The notes under the pieces were generated by a model, which did no database searches, was not told the origin of the DNA, and worked only from the letters and a program-made list of their open reading frames with translations. Positions 12,178 through 61,459 of a stretch of 64,000 nt of DNA are shown here, one piece after another. The position numbers and the translations under genes are program-made. Source of the stretch: Flaccisagitta enflata (lineage: Eukaryota). The stretch lies in contig OZ231126.1 of assembly GCA_965153355.1 (NCBI GenBank), positions 43,710,001-43,774,000 of the forward strand, in the 5' to 3' direction. Within the stretch, counting starts at the first letter, position 1. Every line of letters starts with the position of its first letter.

Positions 12178-13388
12178 CACTGTGCTTTCAAAAAGAATCT
12201 GAGTGAAAAATCACATAACAGTGGGTTTCTTTGCATTTTTGTATAGTTTTGGGGTGTGATAACATGTAACTAGCCAAAATAGAATCATTCACTTAGCGCT
12301 TTTTGAGTAATCTTCAAAATGGAAAAAAATTGAACCCATTTTCAATGAAGATTCTACTGAGTTGTTTTGACCTATTTTTTGACTCTATATTTTTAATCTA
12401 TATGCAAAATTCCGTTTCATTTGATAGGTCGCACTCCATACTTTTGCAAAGAATTGAAATTTTTATTTTTTGAGTTACTGTTACAAAAAAGTAACGGTGG
12501 CTCAAAAAATGAAAACTATAAATTAAACCATATAGTGTGACCTATCAAATGAAAGGTAATTTTGCATAAATTAATAATATAAAGTCAAAAAATATGTCAA
12601 TACAACTCAGTAGAATCTTCATTGAAAATTGGTCTAATTTCTTTCCATTTTGAAGATTACTCAAAAAGCGCTCAGTGGATGATTTTATTTTAGCTAGTTC
12701 TATGTTATCACACCCCAACACTTCACTAAAATGCAGAGGAACCCACTGTTACCAGTAGCGACAGAAAATTCCGGACAACTTGTTTTGCTTATTGTTGCTA
12801 ACCTAAAAGCTTGATCAATAAAAAATTCATGACCATTAGAAAGATCTTTGAAAAATCTTTCTAATGCCACCTTGCTGGTATCTGTAGTTTTGTTCGTTTA
12901 GAAATGGCATAGATTTGAAGAAAAATATCACCGTTTGGAAAAGGGGCAAATATTGTCTGTTTTTTCTATTAGTAATTTTTGTCTCAACGTTTTTCTTAAT
13001 AATGCAATTCAGGTTTGTCACAGCTACTTGATATCCATGAGCAAATTAAAGAGCTTCGAATTTTCTTCAAAATGGCGCCAAGAACGAATTTTTTACTCAA
13101 TGCGTTTAGTTTCTATGTTAAAACAAACAAAAAACATGAAAATTCTGTAGTGAATTCTCAAATTCCTGACAATCTGTCTTCATTCCAATGCCATATCTAA
13201 ACGAATAAAGCTAAGACAACCAGCAACGTCTCATTTGAAAGATCTTTCGCAGAGCTTCAAAACGGTCACCAATTTTGCTTAATTTTTCTCATTGCTTGGG
13301 TGTTAAATACTGACAAACATGTTGTCCGGAATTTTCTGTCGCTACTGTTATATGATTTTTCACTCAGATTTTCATTAAAAGCACAGTG
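12178..13388. mobile_element. Non-autonomous TIR element with CACTGTG...CACAGTG ends (Transib-like?)
   Basis: Imperfect ~70-bp TIR (CACTGTGCTTT...CTGAGTGAAAAATCA..TA.CAGTAGCGACAGAAAATTCCGGACAAC) whose left copy is split by a nested MITE. A related solo end lies at ~1460-1506. No TSD recognisable. Confidence 0.6.
12218..12749. mobile_element. Tc1/mariner-like MITE nested in the left TIR of the 12178-13388 element
   Basis: ~220-bp imperfect inverted repeats ACAGTGGG...CCCACTGT with a TA duplication; removing it restores the host TIR. Confidence 0.8.
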
Positions 13389-14071
13389 TAACACTGGTTG
13401 TATAACGTTGGTTGTATCTTCCTGGTTATATCTCTCTGGTTGTATCTCCCTGATTGGCTCAGGCAATGAAAATACTAAAGTCTGGTATAGCATGATATAC
13501 TTACTGATTTGTTCCCCCTACCTAAATGAAAAAAACCTGTAACTTGTTGACATGCGCTTCAAATTCATAGTGTGTTTTCTTTTCGGTGTTCTTTATTTGC
13601 ACACTACAGCACATTGGACTATTTGATATGTGTACCCTACGAACACAACGCAGTTGAGCCTCGCAATGACGGATGCCAACTAACCGTCAAGGGACTAAAA
13701 TTGGTTTGGCAACCGCAAGATATTGTTTTTGTTTTTGTTTTTGTTTTTGTTTTTGTTTTTGTTTTTTGTTTTTGTTTTTGTTTTTTTCTTTTTTTCTTTC
13801 TTCTGCTAAAAAAAACACAATACAGTCGAGCCTCGCAATGACGGATGCCAACTCACCGATAAGTGACTAAAATTGGTTTTGCAATGGCCAAATATTGTTT
13901 TTGTTTTTGTTTTTTGTTTTTTGCAAAAAAAACAAAAAAAAACTTAAGGAATAAGAAAAACTTAAGGATTAAGAAAAAACTTAAGGATTAAGAATATTTT
14001 CTGCCATAGGCGGATTTCCGTTACTCCTGACTCTGTTACTGCGGGGAGTCACTGAACCCATTTTTCCTACC

Positions 14072-17995
<3,924 letters not shown>

Positions 17996-18226
17996 CAGGG
18001 GATTAAAACATTTTTGTGTCTTTCTTTCTTTCTGGCGCTTACTTTTTTCACTCAGGAGAGTTTTCTATGACTGTTAATCCACTACCTTCCCATCTTTTTT
18101 ATTCTTTTTTCCTACCATATAGAATCAAGTTTTTACATTTTTTAATCAAACAAATTTGTATATGATATCATCGTAAAATACATGTCTGATGTCATTGTCG
18201 AAATCTGTCTTTTTTGTCTCTATCTG

Positions 18227-18287
<61 letters not shown>

Positions 18288-18868
18288 TCATCTTTCATTG
18301 TCTTACTCTTCCGGGGTCATTATGATGGACATGGATCTAAAGTCGTATATGATTCCTTTTTTTTTTTTGTAATTTTTGCTTACACATGCGTTCATTAAAA
18401 CGTCACCTGTCAACTGCTGTCACAATCGGTAGGCGTCACGTCTAAGATCTCGTTAGCTTTTTTGATGTTTATGTTCTTTTTTTAATCTTCGTCTTTAGCA
18501 TCATTGTTCCTGATTTGTTTTTTCTTTCTTTTCTTTCACTTATAGTCGATTACTCGCGATTCTATGAGAGGCTTTGTCTGTCCGTCGGTCTTTCCCACCA
18601 TCCAGCCGTAATGATCGAGTCAAAAAGGAGTAAAGACGTCTTTGCAACCCCGTCCGCGACGATCTTGTAACGTCCAGCCGTCAGTACGCGACGATAAAAC
18701 GTATCCGCGAATTACTTGCTCAACGAGTACCCCTTGCCTAGATCTTTGTCATTTTGCTGAGTAATAATGCTGACATGGCAGGGTGGGCAATCTTGTTATG
18801 CGCGTTGTCGTCAACGTAATCATCTCATTTCATCGTCTACATCATCATAATCTATCTCTTCATTATAT

Positions 18869-18935
<67 letters not shown>

Positions 18936-18946
18936 ACATCAACATT

Positions 18947-18978
<32 letters not shown>

Positions 18979-19037
18979 TGTCAATTTCATCATCATCATT
19001 ATTATCACTATCATTATCATCATTGTCATCATCATTG

Positions 19038-19123
<86 letters not shown>

Positions 19124-19771
19124 GTCGTCGTCGTCGCCATCATCATCTTTGTCAACCTCGTTGTCATCATCGTCGTCGACATCATTGTCATCATCGTCGT
19201 CGACATCATTGTCCTCATCGTCGTCGTCACCATCGTCCTCGTGGCGCCAGTCTCGTGGGTCTTTCCTTGTCTTCGTAGGCGTATCATCTTTTTGGATCTA
19301 ATTATGTTTTCCGCCTCAGGAGAGGGCGAGAAAGGCAATGTAATGAATAAAAGAGAGCGAGAAAAATTGTTCTTTTTTTGTGGTATTTTTCCTAAAACAA
19401 ACCATTTTGAAAATAAAAGGGACAATTTAGATCCTGGAAAACAAGAGTGGATAACGATGAAAAACGAAAGGAGGAAACAACAAGAAAGATAAGAAGCCCA
19501 AGAAGGATCTGTAATTTCAGTGTAAAGCCAAAACTTCCATCTCATTCCTCACAAAAAAAAAAAAGAAAAAAAAAACACGCATTGTGAATTTGTTGCCATT
19601 TTTGCGGGTAGTGCGGCAGATCAAATCGCTCTCCCATCGTTTGACGTACAGATCGTCGATCAAGTGTCACAACAATTGACTACGGGTGCGTTTCTACTCA
19701 AAGCCACAAACACGTTTTTAATGTAGGTTTTACAATTCGCGATTCTACCACCCTCATCCTGAAAAAATATT

Positions 19772-19860
19772 GGCCTCTTGCAGGGATCGAACCGACATTC
19801 AAAAGCAATCTGCTTAATTGAGCTTGAAGTCTACACCTTAACCACCTGCACGGCGGGGCC
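19772..19860 (-). pseudogene. tRNA-like cassette (degenerate)
   Basis: GGCC..GTGCAGGTGGTTAAGGTGTAGACTTCAAG...GGTTCGATCCC...GGCC with a partial acceptor stem, B-box and downstream T6. The anticodon stem does not close. Confidence 0.55.
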
Positions 19861-20004
19861 TTTCACATAACCTTTTGAAATCATTTCTGCTTTATTCGTT
19901 TAAGACAAAGGCAATTGAATTGGATAAACATTACAGAACTGAACCCCCATAAAGTGATCCAAAGTTCTAAAAAAAGTCCACTGATATTCCTTTTAAGAAG
20001 CGAT

Positions 20005-20100
20005 TGCCATAATGGCGCAGATGGTAAGGGCGTTGACTTCAGCTACTCAAAATTGGATTACGTCAGATAACTCTTAGTAGGTTCGAATCTTCCTTTTGCT
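20005..20100 (+). pseudogene. tRNA-like cassette (degenerate)
   Basis: A-box TGGCGCAGATGG, GCGTTGACTTCAG, B-box GGTTCGAATC, T6 at 20106-20111. Confidence 0.55.
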
Positions 20101-20404
20101 TCAAATTTTTTCAGGAAGAGTGAAGCAAAATCGCGATTTGCAAAACTCAGATTAGAATCGTGTTTGTGTCTTTGAGTAGAAACACACCCTACGTCGTCTC
20201 GGTAAAACCAGAACTTTCTTCATTTATCTTGACCGTGTTTTGAATGGTCACTCATTTGCGTTAACGGGGAAAAGAGAAAAGAGATAGAGATTCTGAAAGG
20301 TAAGGGGACAAAGATAGATCTTTAACGAATAAGTCGAAATGCGCCTGAACTCATTTATCGAGACAAGTTGTCATTGACGTCGTTTTCGTGTGTGAGGATT
20401 AAGG

Positions 20405-47947
<27,543 letters not shown>

Positions 47948-48744
47948 GTGAGTTCACTTTTTCTCACTTCTTCATCTCCTATCAATGTACATCTCTTGAC
48001 CTTGCTAGTTGCGGACTTTATCAGTCCGCCAGTCCATCTCTCTGCCCATCCGACCGTCCGCCGACGTCCGCCCATCCATCGGTCGATCTTTCCATCCGTT
48101 CGTCCGTCTGTCCAAAGCGCATTTAGGTCAAAATATGTAAAGCCCCCTTCCGTCTTTCTAGCCCTCAGTCCGTCCTATCGCACCTCTGTCCCTTTGTGAA
48201 ATTCTCAAACACGGATGTCTCTCTCCTACCACATGAAACTGGATTTATGCATTTCATAAATGAATAAAGTTCAGGACATGATATATATTTCTCTTCAACA
48301 TTGCATTGTTTCGAGGCTAACACGAGAAAAGATAGTTTTCCGTTGTAGACCGAATTATTGGCGACATGGAGATCAAGCCTTTCGAGAATTTCAGGATTTT
48401 TTTTCTATTTTCAAATCGAAAATAAATCTCATTCGAATTGAATATACCAAACTTACACAATGAACGAGAGGAGACACATACGTGGGTTAAGGAGAAGTGG
48501 GACAAGGTTGTGGGGGAAAAGGAGAAGAGGGAGAAGGAGGGGGAGAAGGAGGAGCGGGTGAAGGAGGGGGTGTAAAAGGAGGGGTGTAGGAGAAGGGGGA
48601 AGAATATTGCGAAATTTAGATGAGAAAAAAAAAAGTGGAGGAGCAAAAAAAAAGGAATTAAAGAATATTAAAAGGAATTAAAAACGGGAACAAATGAGGA
48701 GGAGGGAAACAATCCGACGATAGGTGAAAAAATCTCCACATCTA

Positions 48745-49578
<834 letters not shown>

Positions 49579-50120
49579 TTTCGTTTCATCGTTTCTTCCT
49601 TTCTCATTTTCTTATTCACTCGTTCTCTCCCTTTTTTCCCGTGTTAATTTTCTGCGTCCCGAGGAGACTGAGACCTCGATTATATTTCTCTCTTCACTCA
49701 ATTTTTCGAAGTATTTTGTTGTAAATTGTAATTCATTCAATTTCATTTGTTGTTCTTATTTGTCACGATTATATTACATAGCAACGATTTTTTGCTCTTT
49801 TTTCCGCATCCACCATGCTTAATCTCTAATAGTACATACCCTCGCCAACTATCTTGTCTGTTTGTCTCTCTGTCTGTGAGTCCATCGTTCCACGTTATCC
49901 GTTTTCTTGTCCTCGGTTTCTCATTGTATTGGGGCTCACGTTGGGACTAAAATGACCCTGTTCTTACTCTAGACACATCTTTTTTTATTTTCAAAACAAA
50001 ACAACAAATGATTTTAAACCTCAATCATTCGATTTGGGCGTGCACCCGTAATCTGAATTCTGACTGGAAAAAAAAAATAGTTTAAACGGAATTTGAACTC
50101 AAGGCCTCAAAAAAACGATA

Positions 50121-50665
50121 CAGTAGATGTCGTCTAGACTTGGAAATACGGGGGAATTCATTACAGGAAGACAAATATACTTAAAAAACTGATATTTGGC
50201 ATATAGATGCTTTATTGCCCATAGGTGTTTGATGCCATAGAAACACATTTCTATGTATTCATGCTAAAGTATCAATATTTTGAGAAATTTTTTGAGGGAA
50301 CATTATTCAAAATAAAATCTGCTACACTTTTCCCACAATATATTCTGTAAGAATATTGCTCGTTTAGCCGTCGTTAGGGAGCGTAACTATGTGTGACAGC
50401 CCTGTGATGCTCCCTAGCAACCGCCAACAAGCGTTATTCATAAAGCGTATTGTGGGTTATATGAATTGATTTTAACAATTTCCTCAAAAATTTCCAAGAT
50501 AAAATACTTTGCGTGAATGCATGGAAATGTATTTCCATGGCAACCAGCACCATGGGCAATAAGGCATCCTTTTATTAGTTTATATTGCAAATATCAGTCT
50601 CCTAAGTTTATTTGTCTTCCTGTAATGAATTCCCCCGTATTTCCAAGTCTAGACAACATCTATTG
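50121..50665. mobile_element. Tc1/mariner-like MITE (545 bp)
   Basis: TA|CAGTAGATGTCGTCTAGACTTGGAAATACGGGGGAATT ... AATTCCCCCGTATTTCCAAGTCTAGACAACATCTATTG|TA. Confidence 0.88.
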
Positions 50666-50813
50666 TACGTCCAGTAACAAAACGATAAAAGAGGAGATGG
50701 CAGTATGATTATGATATAAAGTCATTGAACCATCGTCAAAACCCTCCCCCCCCCCCCCCCGAATATTGAAATAAACAACAGAAGTACAACGTACAAAAGC
50801 GCTGCCCGTGGAG

Positions 50814-54620
<3,807 letters not shown>

Positions 54621-55949
54621 TGACGTCAATGGACAATTATTCTTCAATTCTACACATTGGCCGAAACTTAACATTTCTTATTGTGAGTCACTTGGTATTA
54701 TATTTGTGACCAATGCTTGTTACTTTGCAGTTGTAGCAATTGATGCCCTTTTACAAATGTGTGCGTATCAGACATTAAAACTCACACCAAGTTTATATGC
54801 CTTTGATTTATACGTCTGGACGAGAGAGAGAGAGAGAGAGAGAGAGAGCAGGACTGTAAATGAGACATTGAGAAAAAACAGATAGACAGAGAGACAGAGA
54901 AATTGAGAGTCAGAGGAAGAAAGAGAGCCAATCATTGTCAATTGTCAAAAGAGACGGAAACAAAGATGGTGACATAGGTAGGTACCTGTTGACTGTCAGT
55001 GGTCACTGGCCGTCCTGATATTTAGTTGCAGTTTAGGTATGGCCTGGCCTGGTGCTGTGGGCAGAAGCAGAAATCATGAGGTAAGAATTATGTGACCGAC
55101 TGTCGGACCGATCAAAAAGACCAAAAAGAGTTGTGTGCAATCGACCTGTGGATGACAATTGATGCAAACAAGTGACGCGGGGTCACAATATCGTTGCGGA
55201 CGGGTGGGCAGGGGCATTCAACCCCAATCCACACCACAAGTCCCCAACTCACATGCACAAAAAGCATCTAAAATGTTCATTTCATCACATTTCAGCTCAT
55301 GTCCACGGACCGACCAACCAACCGACCAACGGACGGACAAAGCCTCTCATAGAGTTGCGTGTCCGCAACTAAAAAAAAAAAAATCAATCGAAACGATCAA
55401 GCAAAATGTTTCTTCAAAGTTGACAAGAACAGCGGATGGAGCACAAAGGAGAGAGAAAAAGACAATAAGACAGAAAAAACGGGTCACTGTCAGGCAGGTC
55501 TCCTGATTTTGGGGCAGCGAGCAGCGCCGCTTGTCGGCAGGGTGAGGAGGATATCGGCAGGTCCCGGAAGACGAAGGAGAAGAAGGAAAAGAAGGGGATG
55601 AAGGAAGAAGAAGACGAAGACGAAGACGAAGGGAGAAATGATGGTTGAAGAATAGCAATTGAAGTCAGCTTTAGGATGATTTGCATATTGCAGTTTTAAG
55701 ATTACCCCTCCATTGCAATGTCGCTGATTTGATTAACAGTCAATATAAATTGGAATCATATCTTGAACTAAATCTCAATTTATCATAAAATAGAGGGAGG
55801 AATTCTCATGATTATTGGTTAGTTGTCAACGTTGTTCTGCGTTTTACTTAGCATTCCGCATCAAATTTACGCTGATGAACAAACCATCAAAAACAATACA
55901 TTACACCGAAATGCTGTCGTAATCTTTACTTTTTTCAGTTGAGGTGAGA

Positions 55950-57439
55950 ATGTGGGTACTTGCTGGACTCATGTCTAGATGTGAACTTGTTCACTGCTTA
56001 GTGAATTCAAAGAACCTTTTGAGTGTGGTAAGCATGGTAAACGTCATGCTGCCATACAATGCGATGGGGGGGGGGGGGGCTTCACTTTTCTGGTCGGCAG
56101 CTTTGCAGGAAAGAATTTTGCTTCTCGGCAGAAAAGATGAATCAAGAGGCCTGCTGTCAGGCAGACGAGCAGGCTGCCTATTAGTATTAAGGAATTCGAG
56201 GGTTCGGATCGGAATTCACGTTGTTGACTCTGTTCTGGAATCTTCTCGTACATCAAAAAAACTCAGAGCAATACTAATAAAAAGGGCCAATAGAAAGTGA
56301 GAAATCTGAAAGGCACAAACCTTAAATGAATCAACTTTTTCAAATGCACCAATGAGATGAAGCCACCCAAAACTTTTCTTTTCTTTCTAAAAGATGAAAA
56401 AAAAAAGAAGATTCAACGTTAGGCAATATCCGAACTTCAAACGAACAAGGTTGGTGTTGAGCTTAGTTTCAAAGAATAAAAGTTGGGAATTCAGAGATAT
56501 TTTGGCTAAAATCAGGGAAAAGGGTACTTTTTGGAGGCATGTATGCCCGATGTGTGCATGGCTGCCTGATTTGACTTAGATATCATTATCGGAGTGTAGT
56601 TGGTGCATTTCTTGGCAGATGGGAGAGAGCATTTCTTCCTCACACTCAAATTGCCTAGACTGTAAAATGTGCAATTATATATGTAGTATATGTAACATAA
56701 ATGCTAAAGGCAGATAACTTGAATGTGTATTGTGCGTAACCCTGCTCAAGACTGTTTCTGACCCCCCGTGATTCCTCAACTCGGTAACTGCAACAACGTT
56801 CCATAAAACCAACGAAGTTCCACCCCACAGTAATTTCAAAAGCTTGTTCATTAAGCGGCACATGAATTTCAGTTATTACGGTAAATGTCAGTGATTACAG
56901 TTTCACCCCGCTATAACGGACGGAAATCTGTTTGTAATAACAATACAAATTTAGTTTCATGATGTTTTTTTAATTTGCCATAACAGAAATCCATTTCTAT
57001 TAAACCAAATTTGCAAGCACCTAGGTATCTGCTACTGTAAGATTCAACTGTCGTAAAGGCCCTCGCCTTTTACCGTGTTAACGTCTAGCTTTAGCTTGCG
57101 GTAATATCATTTTAATGGCCATTTTCCAACCCATGTGTTTTGTTAACATCATGCATCAACATGCCAATGTTTATCATAATCCTGGTTCTCTTAATCGAAC
57201 TGATCTGTGAAAGGTGATGTTTCAGTTTGACAAGTTGCTCTAAATTCGAGCTCATCCCTATTTCTTTCCCGCCAACACTTCCTTCGCTTCTCTCCCACCG
57301 AAACCATTTTTTCCCTTTCCCTTTTACCTCTCTTCTAATTTTTTCTTCTTGTCTTTTTATTTATCCCTTCTTCCTCTCTTTTGCTTTTCTCTAGAAGAAC
57401 TTTTGGAACTTTCCCTCTCATTCCTTTCCTCGCCAACAG

Positions 57440-57474
<35 letters not shown>

Positions 57475-58843
57475 AGAGAGAGACTCACTATTTCGCAAGA
57501 GAGGGAAAGGAAAGGCGAGATGTATTTCATTTTTTCCATTTTCTTCATCGTGATAAAAACGGCGATTTTGTGTGCGTTTTTTCCTCGGTTGGAACTTTCT
57601 CTTATATTTTGTATTTTTAGTTTTTGGGCGATAAATGTTCCTTTCTGCACGGAATATAACTGACACAAGAGAAATTTGTTTTCTTGAATAACTTTTTTTC
57701 TTTTTCTCTTATTCCTCAAAGTTTGGAGAGAAAGACCTTTTTTGAAAGAATACAATAAAACGGAGGGATTCAATGTATACATATATAGTATATGTGAACA
57801 AGAATTACATTCGTTTCAATTTTTGTCGTCAGAAAGTTTGTGATCTTCGCGCTTCCATTTCAGAATTAACTGAAAAACAAATATTAAAACATTTGAAATT
57901 TCAAACTTTTTTCAAAAGTTGGCCTCTGGCTCCGCTGCAATTCTCCTTCTCTTATGTTTCCTGAACGTTGAGCCATCCGACGCTTTTTCCTAAATTGAAA
58001 CAACATAAAGCAAATTGAACCAAAATGAACTCGGAAATAACCAAGAATCAAATTTTAGTTGGTTAAACTTACATGGGCGATGGGGGATATAGAAAGGGGG
58101 GAATCTTATGAGAGAAGCCCAACATTCTTTTTTTTTCAGTAAATCCGCATTCAAGGGAATTTCGGGCTTAAAAGTAAATCCCAAAAGATTGAACAGAGAT
58201 TATTCAAAATTCTTCTGCACTTTAATTTTTTTCAGTGGTACGTCCACGCATGACGTAAAAGTATCGAATTTGCCATCAAAGAACATCTACGTTATTTTCA
58301 TGCCAATGTATCTCATGTAATAACTAAACCACGTCAATTCAAAGTATGGTCAGCACAGTGGGAAAACATGTCTGACGGACTAGATTGGGCATGGTGTAAG
58401 AAGAACACGACATCTGTATAAATAAAAGTGGCCGAGGACGCATCTTCCTTTTAAATCATTCCCAAAACGTACTAATTGAAGCAAGGCTTAACAACTGGAC
58501 AGCCAACTTCATCTAGCAGATGAAACATCAACTTTCTTCCTCTCTGCAACGCAACAGCTTCATCTTCCCATTCCTTGGTATTCTCTTCAATTTTTCATCC
58601 TTCATTCTTCATTCTTTATCCAGCATCAGTTCTGTTCTGTTCTGTTCTGTTCTGTTAGAAGATTCAATCTCTCTGCCATGAAATTTGTTTTATTTACTTT
58701 CTAGTTTCAAACATCGGTTTTTTTTTTTCTTTTTATTTATTTCTTTAATTCGGTATTTTCCTCGGTTATTTCTTTAATTCGGTGTTTTTCTCGATTCTTT
58801 CTTTCATTCTGCCTGTCTTTCTTTCATTCTGTCTTTCTATTTT

Positions 58844-58919
<76 letters not shown>

Positions 58920-59500
58920 TTTTTCTTTCATTCCGCCTGTCTTTCTTTCATTCTGCCTGTCTTTCTTTCTTTCTTTCTTTCTTTCGTTCTTTCTTTCTTC
59001 CTTAGTTTTTTTTCTGGTTTGTTGGTTTGTTTATTTGTTTATTTGATTGTTTGATTTTTCTTTCTTTCTTTCTTTCTGTCTGTCTGTCTTTCTTTCTGTC
59101 TTTCTTTCTTTTATTTGCCGCGTTGTTTATTCAAGCCTTCGCCACTGCCGGGCTTTTTTTCCTCGCACGCACATATTGTTTTTATCGGTCTGACTGTTTG
59201 CCACATCTCGATTTGAGTTGCAACCTACAAGATATACCAATGCATCGGTCATGTTTTATTTCGATGGGCCAAAAAAAAAAACATGAACAAAAGTAAACAA
59301 ATACACAAAACATCACATCTATGCATATTGCGTAATCTCCATCGAGCGGCCCAAGACCATGTCATAATGACTGAGTCCATGATCACCTTGATATCGACCA
59401 GCGCCATGTCTCTATGGATCCTATCATATTGCAATTTACCGTTTGACTATTGAGCCGTCGAATCTTGTGTTCAGCTCTTTCTCAGCACAAGACATTTCTC
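55950..59500 (-). CDS. Possible multi-exon gene with small exons, product unknown, structure unresolved
   Basis: Short open segments with AG/GT borders: ~56085-56245 (..SLILIGSLLVCLTAGLLIHLFC.., TM-like), ~58072-58166 (PEIPLNADLL..FYIPHRP), ~58473-58590 (..EDEAVALQRGRKLMFHLLDEVGCPVV..). Phases not fully reconciled. Confidence 0.3.
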
Positions 59501-59920
59501 CATCACTTCATATAATCCCCTCCCCTAATCTAATGCACGTATGGTACGTTACCATTCACCCGGCCTTGCTTTAGTTCAAATCAATTTTCTTGCCCCTCCA
59601 TTCATAATTAGTAAATTAACATCTTATATTTGGTTATCGTTGGGAGTGGTTGGCTTGGTTCTTCGGTCTTCATTTTCATAACAATTACCGATTGTGCCCC
59701 CAGTCGATCTGACTATGAAATGAAAAAAAAAGATATTGATGTAAAAAAAAAATCGCCGCTCCTAAGAGATTGTTTCCGAATCGTATTTGCATAATAACAC
59801 ACGCGTTTATTTACGTGTTTATTTTTCATTTTTATTTAGAAATAACTAAATAAAAGCAAACTTGAGTGACTATTTTCTTCGATCAGAAGGCAATTGAACC
59901 GGTTAAAATTTAAAGCGAAA

Positions 59921-61305
59921 ATGGCTGACGGCTCTCTGGACGGACAAGTCGTGTTTCTGAAGAACAAGTGCACCGGCCACGTGCTGGATGCCGGACCGGA
60001 GAGGAACGTCTGCCAGGTAACAAAGCGACCTCTGAAAAGGTCTGTAAGTGAACGGACGCTATAGGGCGGGGGCTGGTAAAGCAACCCCTGTGCCACAATT
60101 GGCAATTATAATATCATTGGGATGGCAATTCTCAAAATCAAGCTATGAAAATTATAGTTTCAGTTGGTCCAATTTTGATTATTGAAGTCCTGAGGTATAA
60201 AGACACATCAGTTAAAATTTGACTTTGCTGGAGCAATTAAAATCATGTTTTTCATGGTTTGATACAAATTAATGCGGTCCCAATAATTGTTGCACAGGTG
60301 ATAGAATTGTTTATATCCTAAATGGAGACGAGATCGCGCTACATCGTTTAAAGTTTGGTTAAATAATCTTTCAGTGACATTTGCTCTTCAGACTGAAAAT
60401 GTCGGTCGATCCCATGGCCATAATACCATCAAATTGAATATCATTCAAAATGAAAAAGATTGATCCAAGGAAGCTTTGTTGATTCGTCCAATCTAGGGTT
60501 GAAAGTTGATGGTTGATTCTAGGCTGAAACCTTTTACTTCTTAAGATATTATCAATCTGGCAATCCAGCCTTGTCCGTGAGCCAGTTGTATGCAGGGTAG
60601 GGCTTTTGACCGTCTTGAAGAATTGTCGTTTTTATTTATTTTTTTTATTTCTATTCTTACAAATTATCATTAGAAACCTTTTATCTTTGTATATATGTAC
60701 AAAAAATTATTTCTTTTTTTATGCCTATTTAATAGACTTGCCGTGAAGTATTATTTAACGATCATGATGGCCTTTTTTTTCAGAATTAGTTTTCTTAAAG
60801 CTACATACATTTGATTCTTATTCCGATTCTGAAGCTGACGTACTACACTATTGTCTCAATTTGTCTTTATCATTGATCTCAGTGGGAACGTAACGAGGCA
60901 CTCCACCAGCAATTCAAACTGGTGCACGTTGATGAAGGAAGATACCACATCATCTGCCAGAACGATGGCAAAGCACTCGATGTCGCAGGGTGAGCAGAGT
61001 GACAATTCATCAAGCACATAGTCCATAGTAATCCGAGGGGCCTTTATAATGATTGGAGAAGGTAAGGGTGGGGACTGGGGGCGTTACTTTTTAAAACCAC
61101 TAGCGGCCATAGAAAAATGGGTCGAGTTCAATGGAAAGGCTAGCTAACTGCTTCAACTTATCTTGGAGTTTCAATGGCGGCTTTGCTCATTTTTTTTACC
61201 ATCCGCTTATCTTTTTGGAAGCTTCATGGGTCATATAAGAAGAAATGTACGAGCTTTGATGTTATGGAGCTTGGTTGGAAAGTTTACCATGATCAACATC
61301 TTAAC

Positions 61306-61376
<71 letters not shown>

Positions 61377-61411
61377 CTCTTTCTTTCTTTATTTTATCTT
61401 CTTTATTCTAA

Positions 61412-61459
<48 letters not shown>

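Larger units (their letters stand above)
19684..20189. mobile_element. 506-bp PIF/Harbinger-like MITE containing two inverted tRNA-like cassettes
   Basis: TIR GGGTGCGTTTCTACTCAAAG / CTTTGAGTAGAAACACACCC extending imperfectly inward; 3-bp TSD TAC (19681-19683, 20190-20192). Confidence 0.85.

Noticed and set aside
19772-20100. Functional selenocysteine or opal-suppressor tRNA genes
   Set aside because: The anticodon stems do not pair and the Sec-specific long acceptor/D stems are not evident. Kept only as tRNA-like cassettes.
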